From assembly GCF_000012925.1 (NCBI RefSeq), contig NC_007517.1, positions 2,760,001 to 2,792,000 on the forward strand: a stretch of 32,000 bases of DNA, in the 5' to 3' direction. Under the pieces are notes generated by a model. That model saw only the letters and a program-made list of their open reading frames with translations. It was not told the DNA's origin and made no database searches. The translations under genes and the position numbers were made by a program. Positions 1 to 7,384 of this stretch are shown here, piece after piece. The number at the start of each line of letters is the position of its first letter. The stretch's first letter is position 1. Source of the stretch: Geobacter metallireducens GS-15 (lineage in GTDB: Bacteria; Desulfobacterota; Desulfuromonadia; Geobacterales; Geobacteraceae).

Positions 1-936
1 GTGGCCGACTGGGCGTTTCGCAACCGGCAACCGGCGGGACAGGGGACCGAAACACTCGTCTCGGCAGGTCTCCTTTATCTTCCGCTCCAGACATCGGGGA
101 ATATCCTCGGGGTACTGGGGATCAGGCTGAAAAACGTTGCCGATTATCGGTCTACCCAGCCCCGTCGGCTCCTCGACGCCTTTGTCACCCAGACCGCCAT
201 GGCGCTGGAGCGGGTCCAGCTCTCCCGGCAGGCCGAGCAGACCCAGATCCTCCAGGCCCGGGAAACCCTCGAACGTGCCCTTCTCAATTCCATTTCCCAC
301 GACCTGCGTACTCCCCTCGTTTCCATAACCGGCGCCCTGGACACCCTGCGGGAAAAGGTGCATACCCTGGCCAACGAAGCCCGGATGGAGCTTCTCGACA
401 CCGCATGGGAAGAGGCGGAGCGGCTGAACCGCTTCGTCGGCAATCTCCTCGACATGACCCGTTTGGAGGCCGGGGCGCTCAAGGTGAAGAAGGAGCTGTG
501 CGATGTTCAGGATCTGGTCGGATGCGCTCTGGCTGCTCTCGAACGGCGGATCGGAGGGCGGCAGGTCGATGTACATCTCCCCCCCGATCTGCCGCTCGTC
601 AGGATGGACATGGTCCTGATGACCCAGGTGCTGGCAAATCTGCTTGATAATGCGTTAAAGTACTCGCCACCGGAAAGCGGCATAGAGATATCTGTTCGTG
701 TGAATGACGGGAGGCTCGAAATGGAGGTGGCCGACCACGGTCCCGGAATTCCCGAACAGGACCTGAAGAGGGTATTCGACAAGTTCTACCGAATCCCGAT
801 CCCGGAAGGGTCACGGGGGACCGGCCTTGGTCTCTCAATCTGCAAGGGGATTGTCGAGGCTCACGGCGGCGCCATCCGGGCCGAAAACCGGGCACGTGGC
901 GGATTGAGAGTAATCGTCACGTTAACGATCAAATAG
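1..936 (+). CDS. kdpD: Sensor histidine kinase KdpD, C-terminal part (gene begins upstream of the window)
   Basis: The frame is open from nt 1 to TAG 934-936. A GAF-like segment is followed by H-box SHDLRTPL, N-box LLDNALKYSP and G-boxes DHGPGIP and GTGLGLSIC. An OmpR-type partner starts 10 nt downstream. Confidence 0.8.
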   Translation: MADWAFRNRQPAGQGTETLVSAGLLYLPLQTSGNILGVLGIRLKNVADYRSTQPRRLLDAFVTQTAMALERVQLSRQAEQTQILQARETLERALLNSISHDLRTPLVSITGALDTLREKVHTLANEARMELLDTAWEEAERLNRFVGNLLDMTRLEAGALKVKKELCDVQDLVGCALAALERRIGGRQVDVHLPPDLPLVRMDMVLMTQVLANLLDNALKYSPPESGIEISVRVNDGRLEMEVADHGPGIPEQDLKRVFDKFYRIPIPEGSRGTGLGLSICKGIVEAHGGAIRAENRARGGLRVIVTLTIK

Positions 937-946
937 GGGAGAAGAA

Positions 947-1648
947 ATGCCGAAGGAAAACCGTCTACCGCGGATACTCATAGTCGATGACGAACTGGCG
1001 ATACGGCGCTTCCTCTGCACCGCCCTCGATACCGGGGAGTTTTCCCTCCACCAGGCGGAAAACGGCCATACAGCGCTGGCGGCAGCGGTTGCGACGATGC
1101 CGGACGTGATCCTCCTCGACCTGGGGCTTCCGGATATGGACGGGGTTGAAGTCATCCGACGGATACGGGAGTGGTCCCAGGTGCCGATCATCGTCCTTTC
1201 CGTGCGGGAGCGTGAGGACGACAAGGTGGCTGCGCTGGATGCCGGGGCGGACGACTACCTGACCAAGCCATTCGGCGTCGCAGAGCTTGTGGCCCGGATT
1301 CGCGCGGCACTGCGGCGCGCCTTGCAACAGGTGCCGGAACCCATCTTCCGTTCCGGAGACCTGGAGGTGGACCTGGCGCGCCGGCGGGTAACGGTCGACG
1401 GCAGCGAGTCCCAGCTCACCCCCACCGAGTACGAACTGCTGCGCCTCCTGGTGGTCCATGCGGGAAAGGTCCTCACCCACAGCCAGATTCTCCGGCAGAT
1501 ATGGGGGGTCTCCCACCTCGAGCAACCCCACGTGCTGCGGGTGAACATCAGCAACCTGCGCCGCAAAATAGAAATGGACCCCTCCCGTCCGCGCCACATC
1601 CTCACCGAACCCGGAGTCGGCTACCGGCTCCGGAGCGACGGCAGTTGA
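947..1648 (+). CDS. kdpE: OmpR-family response regulator KdpE
   Basis: ATG 947 is preceded by GGGGAG. Receiver domain (ILIVDDE, LDLGLPDMDG, TKPF) plus winged-helix output (LTPTEYELLRLL, GVGYRL). It lies directly after kdpD. Confidence 0.85.
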   Translation: MPKENRLPRILIVDDELAIRRFLCTALDTGEFSLHQAENGHTALAAAVATMPDVILLDLGLPDMDGVEVIRRIREWSQVPIIVLSVREREDDKVAALDAGADDYLTKPFGVAELVARIRAALRRALQQVPEPIFRSGDLEVDLARRRVTVDGSESQLTPTEYELLRLLVVHAGKVLTHSQILRQIWGVSHLEQPHVLRVNISNLRRKIEMDPSRPRHILTEPGVGYRLRSDGS

Positions 1649-1675
1649 TTTTTCCCCGCCCCCTCCGTGCGTCTG

Positions 1676-3280
1676 CTATTTTTTCGCCGGCGCCTTCGAC
1701 TTCTGATGGGCCAGGTCGAACTGGAGCATCAGGTAGCCGTAATGGATGTCGTCGCCGCTCCCGGCGGCGTCGCGAAAGAACTTCCCGGTGAAGAAGTGGT
1801 CGTAACCGGCAACGAGCGAGAGGTTGCCGTTCACCGCATAGGTCAGGGTAAAATCGGTCTCCAGGCCGATGCTGCGGCTGAATCCCTCCTCCACGTGGTT
1901 GGCAAGGAAGTAGCGCCCCGTGGCGGAGAGGTTCAGTTCCTTCGTGAGGTCGATTCCCCACCCGATGGTGTAGATCTGGAGGCCGCTGGCATGGTGGTCG
2001 CCGACATCGTAACCGAAGCCGCCGATGACTTTCATGTCTCCGAACAGCGGCGTATCGTTGGTCGGATTGCTGAACTCCTTCCGGGACGACACAACCGTGG
2101 CCGCTTCTCCGTCGCCGGAACCGACGGCGTAGCTCAGGAAAAAGTGGCTGTGAAAGCCGGCCATGGAGACATCCATGCCCAGGTCCGCATGGCCGCCGTA
2201 GGCCTGGATGCTCTCGTTCCCGCCGGTGTTCGGATTGAAGAGGCGGCCGGTCTGGTAGACCGGCTCCACCTCAAGGGTTGCCGGCCCCAGCGCTGCCGTT
2301 CCCCGCACTCCCCAGGTGTTCCGGTGTTCGCCTGCGTGATGGTCCCCGGAGCCGGTATCCCGGAAACCGTACGCCTCGATGGCATTCCCTTCCGAAAAGG
2401 TCCACGTGGCGTACCCGCCCGCCAGATTCCCCTTCACCCCATCGGAGAAGGGAGTCGCATACCAGCCCCCCAGGAGGTCCACCGTCAATTGCTCCATGGG
2501 CTTCACCCGCAGCCTCAGCGCGTCGAACGTGAGGCCATCCATGAAGGCATCGCTCCCCAGGATAAAGGTGCTGCCGTACACGAATTCCTGACGGCCAACC
2601 TTGAGGGCCAACCGTTCGGAGTCCGGCACTCTCGCTTCCACAAACCCCTGATACAGGGAAAGCTTGCCGTGCTCCTGGTTCCCCCCCTTGTAGCCGAACC
2701 CCTGGCCTTCCGCATGGAAGTCGAGGTAATCGGTCGGATGCCAGTAGGCGTAGGGCTTTACCCGGTAGAGGAAGCGTCCCTCGCCGTGGCGGGGAGCGTA
2801 ACTGAAGTCGGGAAGCCGGAAGTTGCCGACCCCCTCTCCCCGCAGAAAACCGTTGACACCGATCTTGTACTCGAACGCCGGCACCTCGGGCTTGGCGAGG
2901 ATCGCCTCGATGGCCTCCCGCCGCGTCAGGTACCCCTCATACTTTGGCAACTCGTCCTTCAACGCCTCGTGAAGGGCCGCAATCCGGTCCAGATCTCCCC
3001 GGTCCACCGCGTCTTTTCCCTTCAGGTCGCACTGCCTGACGACCTTCTCCATGACGTAGAGGAGATAGTGCGCCAGTTCGCCTCGTGAAATGGGCTTCCC
3101 TTCCACCAGCACCGAATCCGGGAGCTTTTTTTCCGCGTCATACTTTTTTGCCAGTTCACCTATTTGCTTGCACGACCAGTGGCTGACCGTCACCTGTTCG
3201 GGAATTTCGTCGGCGGCGAAGGCAGGATTCCAGCAGAATGCATAGGCCGTCAGAGACAGGAAAAACAGGGTTCTTCTCAT
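1676..3280 (-). CDS. Outer-membrane beta-barrel protein (alginate-export/porin-like) with an SLH-like N-terminal module
   Basis: Internal ATG at 3280 (aa 147 of ORF 1676..3718) has SD AAAGGAAA. Signal peptide is MRRTLFFLSLTAYAFCWNPAFA/AD. The N-terminal segment SHWSCKQIGELAKKY...ISRGELAHYLLYV resembles an SLH motif and is followed by a charged helical linker. The rest shows alternating beta-strand patterns (LKVGRQEFVYGSTFILG, FDALRLRV). It starts 49 nt after the cbiO stop on the same strand. Confidence 0.6.
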   Translation of the reverse strand: MRRTLFFLSLTAYAFCWNPAFAADEIPEQVTVSHWSCKQIGELAKKYDAEKKLPDSVLVEGKPISRGELAHYLLYVMEKVVRQCDLKGKDAVDRGDLDRIAALHEALKDELPKYEGYLTRREAIEAILAKPEVPAFEYKIGVNGFLRGEGVGNFRLPDFSYAPRHGEGRFLYRVKPYAYWHPTDYLDFHAEGQGFGYKGGNQEHGKLSLYQGFVEARVPDSERLALKVGRQEFVYGSTFILGSDAFMDGLTFDALRLRVKPMEQLTVDLLGGWYATPFSDGVKGNLAGGYATWTFSEGNAIEAYGFRDTGSGDHHAGEHRNTWGVRGTAALGPATLEVEPVYQTGRLFNPNTGGNESIQAYGGHADLGMDVSMAGFHSHFFLSYAVGSGDGEAATVVSSRKEFSNPTNDTPLFGDMKVIGGFGYDVGDHHASGLQIYTIGWGIDLTKELNLSATGRYFLANHVEEGFSRSIGLETDFTLTYAVNGNLSLVAGYDHFFTGKFFRDAAGSGDDIHYGYLMLQFDLAHQKSKAPAKK

Positions 3281-3329
3281 CGGCGATTTCCTTTCCAGCT
3301 TATTAACCACTTTCCATAGGGGAGTGGCG

Positions 3330-4088
3330 CTATCGCCCCCCAGTGCCGCAGACCGGACACCCCTGCATGGAAAAGGGGGGCTCCAGGCGGCATGCCGCCA
3401 GGAGCTCGGCGTTGCGGAAAATCTCCCGGGGCGGGCCGTCGGCCGCCACCACGCCCTCCCTGAGGACGATGGTCCGCTCGCAGAGCTCCAGCACCATGTC
3501 CAGGTCGTGGCTCGTGAATATCTTCGTATGCCGGAACTCGCGGAGAAGCCCCATGAGCTGGCGCCGCGCAAAGGGGTCGAGCCCCGCCGTGGGCTCGTCC
3601 ATGACCAGGATATCCGGCGACATGGAGAGGACCGTGGCGATGGCGGCCCGCTTCTTCTCCCCCCCCGAGAGCCGGTAGGGAGGCTTGTCCCGCAGGTGCC
3701 CGGCGCCGACCCGGGCAAGGGATTCCGCCACCCGCCGCTCCACTTCCCCGGGAGGGAGCCCCAGGTTGAGGGGACCGAAGGCGACGTCCTCTCCCACCGT
3801 CGGCATGAAAAGCTGGTCGTCCGGGTCCTGGAAGACCATGCCCACGGTCCGGCGCACTTCGGCGAGGGTCGTGCGGACCACCGGGGTATCGCCGATCCGG
3901 ACCTCCCCCGCGGTTGGGGGGAGATAACCGTTAAGGTGGAGGAGGAGCGTCGATTTTCCGGCGCCGTTGGCGCCGATCACCGCCACCGATTCCCCGTGGT
4001 GGATGGTGAAGGAAACCCCCCGAAGGGCCTCGGTGCCGTCGGGGTATGAATGGCGGAGATCCTTGACCTCGACGATATGATGACTCAT
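3330..4088 (-). CDS. cbiO: ECF-type Ni/Co transporter ATPase (CbiO/NikO)
   Basis: Internal ATG at 4088 (aa 159 of ORF 3330..4562). Walker [13 protein letters not shown] signature LSGGEKKR, Walker B ILVMDEPT. The ATG overlaps the cbiQ stop (ATGA). Confidence 0.9.
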   Translation of the reverse strand: MSHHIVEVKDLRHSYPDGTEALRGVSFTIHHGESVAVIGANGAGKSTLLLHLNGYLPPTAGEVRIGDTPVVRTTLAEVRRTVGMVFQDPDDQLFMPTVGEDVAFGPLNLGLPPGEVERRVAESLARVGAGHLRDKPPYRLSGGEKKRAAIATVLSMSPDILVMDEPTAGLDPFARRQLMGLLREFRHTKIFTSHDLDMVLELCERTIVLREGVVAADGPPREIFRNAELLAACRLEPPFSMQGCPVCGTGGR

Positions 4089-4897
4089 GGGAAGACTCCC
4101 GTTACCAGCACGCCGATCAGGTGCGGCACGTTGACGAAGCGCAGAAGCATGAAGAGGAGACACCACCCTGCCGTGAAGGCTAGCTCGCGCCGTCCGAAAG
4201 AGCACTCGCGCCGCACGTGGAATTCCCCCCGGAACCCCCGGGAAAGCATGGCCATGTGGATCCGCTCGGCCCGGTCCCAGGTGCGGAGAAGGAGGCTCCC
4301 CACCAGGGAGCCGTAGGCCTTGAGACCCATCCCCCGCCCGGCGAAGGAACGCAGCTCCCTGGCCCGGGACATCCGTATCCCCTCGTCCCCCAGGACGAAG
4401 ATATAGCGGTAGAGGAAGAGAAGCTGCACCACGAAGGCCCGGGGCACTCCGAACCGCTGGAGCGCCAGGCAGACCCCGGTAAAGCCGGTCACGGCCACCA
4501 GCACCAGGGCGGCCCCCACGGTGAGCGCGGCGCGAAGGATGATCGACAGAAACGACACCCATCCCCCGGACACCGCCAGGGAACCGAGGGCCAGCAACGG
4601 TTCCCGGTCGAACAGGGGATTGAAGAGACCCACCAGGGCGGCAAAGGGGAGGACCAGCAGGAGCTTCCGAGTCACGATCTCCGGAGGGAGCCCGCTGACG
4701 GCAACCATCGCCAGCGGAAAGATCGCAAAGGGGATGAGGCCCGAAATCTCGTAACGGCTGAAGGAAACCACCGTAATGATATACACGAGGGTGACGAGAA
4801 CCTTGGCCCGGGGGTCGAGCCGGTGGATGGACGAATCGCCGCCGGCCAGGAGGTCGATACGGTTCAGGTCGCGGAGTGCTGTTTCAATGCGTGCCAT
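4085..4897 (-). CDS. cbiQ: ECF transporter transmembrane T component (CbiQ/NikQ)
   Basis: 270-aa polytopic membrane protein (IHRLDPRAKV..., SRARELRSF). It lies between the cbiM-like and cbiO genes and has a 4-nt overlap with cbiO. Confidence 0.85.
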   Translation of the reverse strand: MARIETALRDLNRIDLLAGGDSSIHRLDPRAKVLVTLVYIITVVSFSRYEISGLIPFAIFPLAMVAVSGLPPEIVTRKLLLVLPFAALVGLFNPLFDREPLLALGSLAVSGGWVSFLSIILRAALTVGAALVLVAVTGFTGVCLALQRFGVPRAFVVQLLFLYRYIFVLGDEGIRMSRARELRSFAGRGMGLKAYGSLVGSLLLRTWDRAERIHMAMLSRGFRGEFHVRRECSFGRRELAFTAGWCLLFMLLRFVNVPHLIGVLVTGVFP

Positions 4898-4933
4898 GGG
4901 AGAGAAAGGGGGCCGGACGGAGCCGCGGTGGAA

Positions 4934-5974
4934 TCACGATGCGGCGCGACGGCGCAACAAGAAGCCGACCGCAAAGGCCATCACCAGGGTCAGACCGCCG
5001 CCGGCAATCCCGGAGACCGACGTGCCGAGCCTGTCATCCCCCTTCGCCGCGCCCCTTTTCCGGGCCGCCGGCTCCCCGGCCCCGTCTTCAGTTGGCTTGG
5101 CAAAGGAATACGCGGGGAGAGACGAACTCTTTTTCTGGATTGCTGCCAGGGCGCCATGGACCCCGCCTGTGGGAGAGGCAAGCTCTCCCTTGCCGGTGAC
5201 ACCCGCAATCGCCCACTCGAGGCCGTCAGGCTTCCCGGAGGCATACCGGGAGACTACGCCACCGGTGATCACTGCCAGAGCGAGCAGCGAAACCGCCACC
5301 CACCTGAATCCGGAACCGCTCGTCACGGACCGGCGCGTCGCACCGATGACTTCCGGATGGGCCTTGACCACGAAACCGACCACCGCCGCGGTGACAAGCC
5401 CTTCCACAATGCCGATGGCCAGGTGTATCGGCTGCATCAGGAGCACGAAGGACGAAAAGGGAAGCGCCGAGATTCCCGAAGCTACCGTCTCCAGCACCAC
5501 CGACAATGCCCCGAACTGCAGCCCCACGACCGCGGCCGCAACCGCTGCGGCGGTGCTTCGCCCCTGACCGGAACCGGCTGGGGCAATGGCGCGGTAGATG
5601 AGAGGATAGGCGACAAAGGCGGGGAAAAATCCCAGGTTGACGATGTTGCATCCGAGGGCCAGGAGCCCGCCGTCGGCAAAGAACAGGGCCTGCACCACGA
5701 GGACCGAGGCGATGGTGAGAAACGCCGCGTGGGGCCCCAGGAGCACCGCCAGCAGGAGCCCGCCCCCCAGGTGGCCGCTGGAGCCGGTCCCCGGAATGGT
5801 GAAATTGATCATCTGGGCGGCAAAGACAAAGGCCCCCAACACCCCCATGAGCGGCACTTTCCTCTCGTCCAAATCCTGGCGCACCTTCCGTGCGCAGTAG
5901 GCAATCGTGCCGCCCGCAGCGACCCAGAGGGTACCACCGACCGCCGGGGAAATGAGAGCGTCTGCCATGTGCAT
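4934..5974 (-). CDS. cbiM: CbiM/NikM substrate-capture component fused to a C-terminal PDGLE domain (CbiN/NikN-like function)
   Basis: SD GGAGGA precedes the start. The N-terminus MHMADALISP keeps the Met1-His2 metal-binding start typical of CbiM/NikM. The polytopic core is followed by a ~120-aa extension containing the literal motif KPDGLEW and a terminal TM helix. Confidence 0.85.
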   Translation of the reverse strand: MHMADALISPAVGGTLWVAAGGTIAYCARKVRQDLDERKVPLMGVLGAFVFAAQMINFTIPGTGSSGHLGGGLLLAVLLGPHAAFLTIASVLVVQALFFADGGLLALGCNIVNLGFFPAFVAYPLIYRAIAPAGSGQGRSTAAAVAAAVVGLQFGALSVVLETVASGISALPFSSFVLLMQPIHLAIGIVEGLVTAAVVGFVVKAHPEVIGATRRSVTSGSGFRWVAVSLLALAVITGGVVSRYASGKPDGLEWAIAGVTGKGELASPTGGVHGALAAIQKKSSSLPAYSFAKPTEDGAGEPAARKRGAAKGDDRLGTSVSGIAGGGLTLVMAFAVGFLLRRRAAS

Positions 5975-6009
5975 GAGACAATCCTCCAGCCCTGAAACAT
6001 CACCCGCGA

Positions 6010-6036
6010 GTGTTACGATTTAAACATCAGTAACAC
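6010..6036. promoter_or_regulatory. Candidate NikR operator: GTGTTAC-N13-GTAACAC
   Basis: Perfect 7+7 inverted repeat (6010-6016 and 6030-6036) with a 13-nt AT-rich spacer, 35 nt upstream of the cbiM ATG. It overlaps a plausible TTGTCG-N17-TTAAAT promoter on the minus strand. As I recall, it matches the NikR site class predicted by comparative genomics for delta-proteobacterial nik operons. Confidence 0.55.
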
Positions 6037-6240
6037 CCTGCGACAACAAAAAAGAGCAATTTGCGGTGGCGAGGCGGTTATTCGACACAAAGGGTAGAAA
6101 ACCTGAACCTGGCATTATCGGCAAACTTCTCGAAAATCCGCGACAATCCTTCAATCTCACCCAAAAACGCTAACGAACCTGGATGTACATAGCAAAAAAT
6201 GCGCCGACACAAGCAGCACCTGAGGGTTCAGTAATGACAA

Positions 6241-6268
6241 AAGGCCGGACAAGATATCATCCAGCCTT
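6241..6268 (-). terminator. Putative intrinsic terminator ending the feoB-ideR transcript
   Basis: The minus-strand RNA reads AAGGCUGGA-UGAUAUCUUG-UCCGGCCUU followed by UUGUCAUU. The 9-bp stem has its single non-Watson-Crick pair as G.U on the minus strand only. Confidence 0.45.
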
Positions 6269-6329
6269 CGGAATCCTTTTCCACCCAGGGCCTTGCTTCT
6301 TCTTTATCGCATTTGCCACCACTGGTTCC

Positions 6330-6481
6330 CGGGAGGGGCGGGGCTCTCGCGGAGAAGCGATCCCCGCAAAAAACCACCTATGGAATTAGCGGAGGGAAAG
6401 CCTCGGAAGCCGCTGCTCAGGTGCCACGAAGACCGGCTGGTGACGCTGGATCGGTTCGGAGCGGGAGTCCCGCCCCTCCCG
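6330..6481. other. ~150-nt rod-like imperfect palindrome (candidate structured RNA or DNA element)
   Basis: Arms 6330-6350 and 6461-6481 pair over 21 consecutive positions (19 Watson-Crick plus 2 G.T). The helix continues in register with 3 bp and then 6 bp (6354-6356/6455-6457 and 6358-6363/6448-6453). It lies 35 nt after the ideR stop. Confidence 0.4.
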
Positions 6482-6515
6482 ACATCATGCTCCGACACAA
6501 GGTGACAAAGGGGAA

Positions 6516-7160
6516 TTACTTCCGCACGTGGATCTCCCGGGCCAGGGCGGTGTCAATGGCGAATTCGGAGTAACCGATCCGGAAGATGTACGACGGGAAG
6601 GTCTGCATGAGGTTGATCCGGTTTCCCGGCAGGACCCCCATGGCCATGAGCTTGCGCATCTTGGTGTCGTCCTCGGTGAGGATGTAGGCGATGTCCCCCT
6701 CCTCCCCTGCCTTGAGCTCTGTCAGGGGAACGACGCCGAGATCGCCGCTTTTCCTGGCCGTGTCGCAGCAATCGCCGGGAGGAATGGGCTTGCCGTGGGG
6801 GCAGGTGACCGGGTGGTTGAGCATGGTGCAGACCTTGGCGTCCACCTCCTCGTGGAGCAGATGCTCGAACTCGCACGCCTTGGCCTCGGCGCTGTCGCCG
6901 CGGATGTTGAACACATCCATCATGAGGCGCTCGGCGAGCCGGTGGCGCCGCACCGTCCGCTTCCCCTCGTCTTTCCCCTCGGGCCGCAGGGAGACGCGGC
7001 CGTCCCGCATCTCGATAAAGGCCAGGGAAGCCAGTTCACCATATGCCGGATCGCCGGCCGCAACCGTAATCTCTTCCTTGTCGAGGGAGGGCTTCCCCTC
7101 CTCCTCGCAGGCTATCCAGAGGGCTTCGAGGATCTCTTCCGCTTTTTCGGACAGTTTCAT
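6516..7160 (-). CDS. ideR: DtxR-family metal-dependent repressor with a C-terminal FeoA/SH3-like domain (IdeR-like)
   Basis: Internal ATG at 7160 (aa 57 of ORF 6516..7328) has SD AAGGAGA. Contains RRHRLAERLM, HEEVDAKVCTMLNHPVTCPHGKPIP, and a FeoA-like tail (LTELKAGEEGDIAYI...GVLPGNRINL). The position next to feoB and fur is as reported for Geobacter ideR. Confidence 0.75.
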   Translation of the reverse strand: MKLSEKAEEILEALWIACEEEGKPSLDKEEITVAAGDPAYGELASLAFIEMRDGRVSLRPEGKDEGKRTVRRHRLAERLMMDVFNIRGDSAEAKACEFEHLLHEEVDAKVCTMLNHPVTCPHGKPIPPGDCCDTARKSGDLGVVPLTELKAGEEGDIAYILTEDDTKMRKLMAMGVLPGNRINLMQTFPSYIFRIGYSEFAIDTALAREIHVRK

Positions 7161-7201
7161 GGTCTCTCCTTTATCGATGCACACATGGTGACAGTTCGAT
7201 T

Positions 7202-7384
7202 TTATCGCGTTTTCCCATCTTTTTTCAGAATGCCCTTTAATGCCTTGAGCACTTTCGGCTCGGGGGGGTTCTCGTAGAAACACTTCGGACAGCGCACGGA
7301 CCGGCAGGTCTTCCCGCACCGGCCGCATCCCCTGATCCCCTCTTCCTCGGGGAACTCATGACCGCAGAAGCCGCAGCGAATCAT
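7202..7384 (-). CDS. 60-aa Cys-rich (zinc-ribbon-like) protein translationally coupled to feoB
   Basis: The ATG at 7384 overlaps the feoB TGA (ATGA). The sequence MIRCGFCGHEF...GCGRCGKTCRSVRCPKC has three CxxC pairs plus one extra Cys and a Lys-rich tail. Confidence 0.55.
   Translation of the reverse strand: MIRCGFCGHEFPEEEGIRGCGRCGKTCRSVRCPKCFYENPPEPKVLKALKGILKKDGKTR

Noticed and set aside
3330-4562. N-terminal extensions of track ORFs (also 1676..3718, 6516..7328, 7202..7519, 9472..10128, 15127..15825, 28021..30255)
   Set aside because: The extensions overlap the upstream gene in another frame and are low-complexity. Internal ATGs with SD sequences give proteins of canonical length and canonical N-termini.
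6330-6481. MITE with 21-bp terminal inverted repeats
   Set aside because: There is no target-site duplication at the ends (flanks ...TTCC and ACAT...) and no second copy in the window. This cannot be excluded without a whole-genome search, so it is kept as an alternative in the finding.
5975-6515. Cobalamin (or NiCo, GEMM) riboswitch in the long cbiM leader
   Set aside because: There are isolated look-alike fragments (GCCACCACTGG, GAAGACCGGC) but they are on the plus strand, which is the wrong strand for the operon. The conserved GGUG..AA..CC / CCCGC..CUGU core is absent. A terminator and a NikR-type operator lie between the structured region and the gene.
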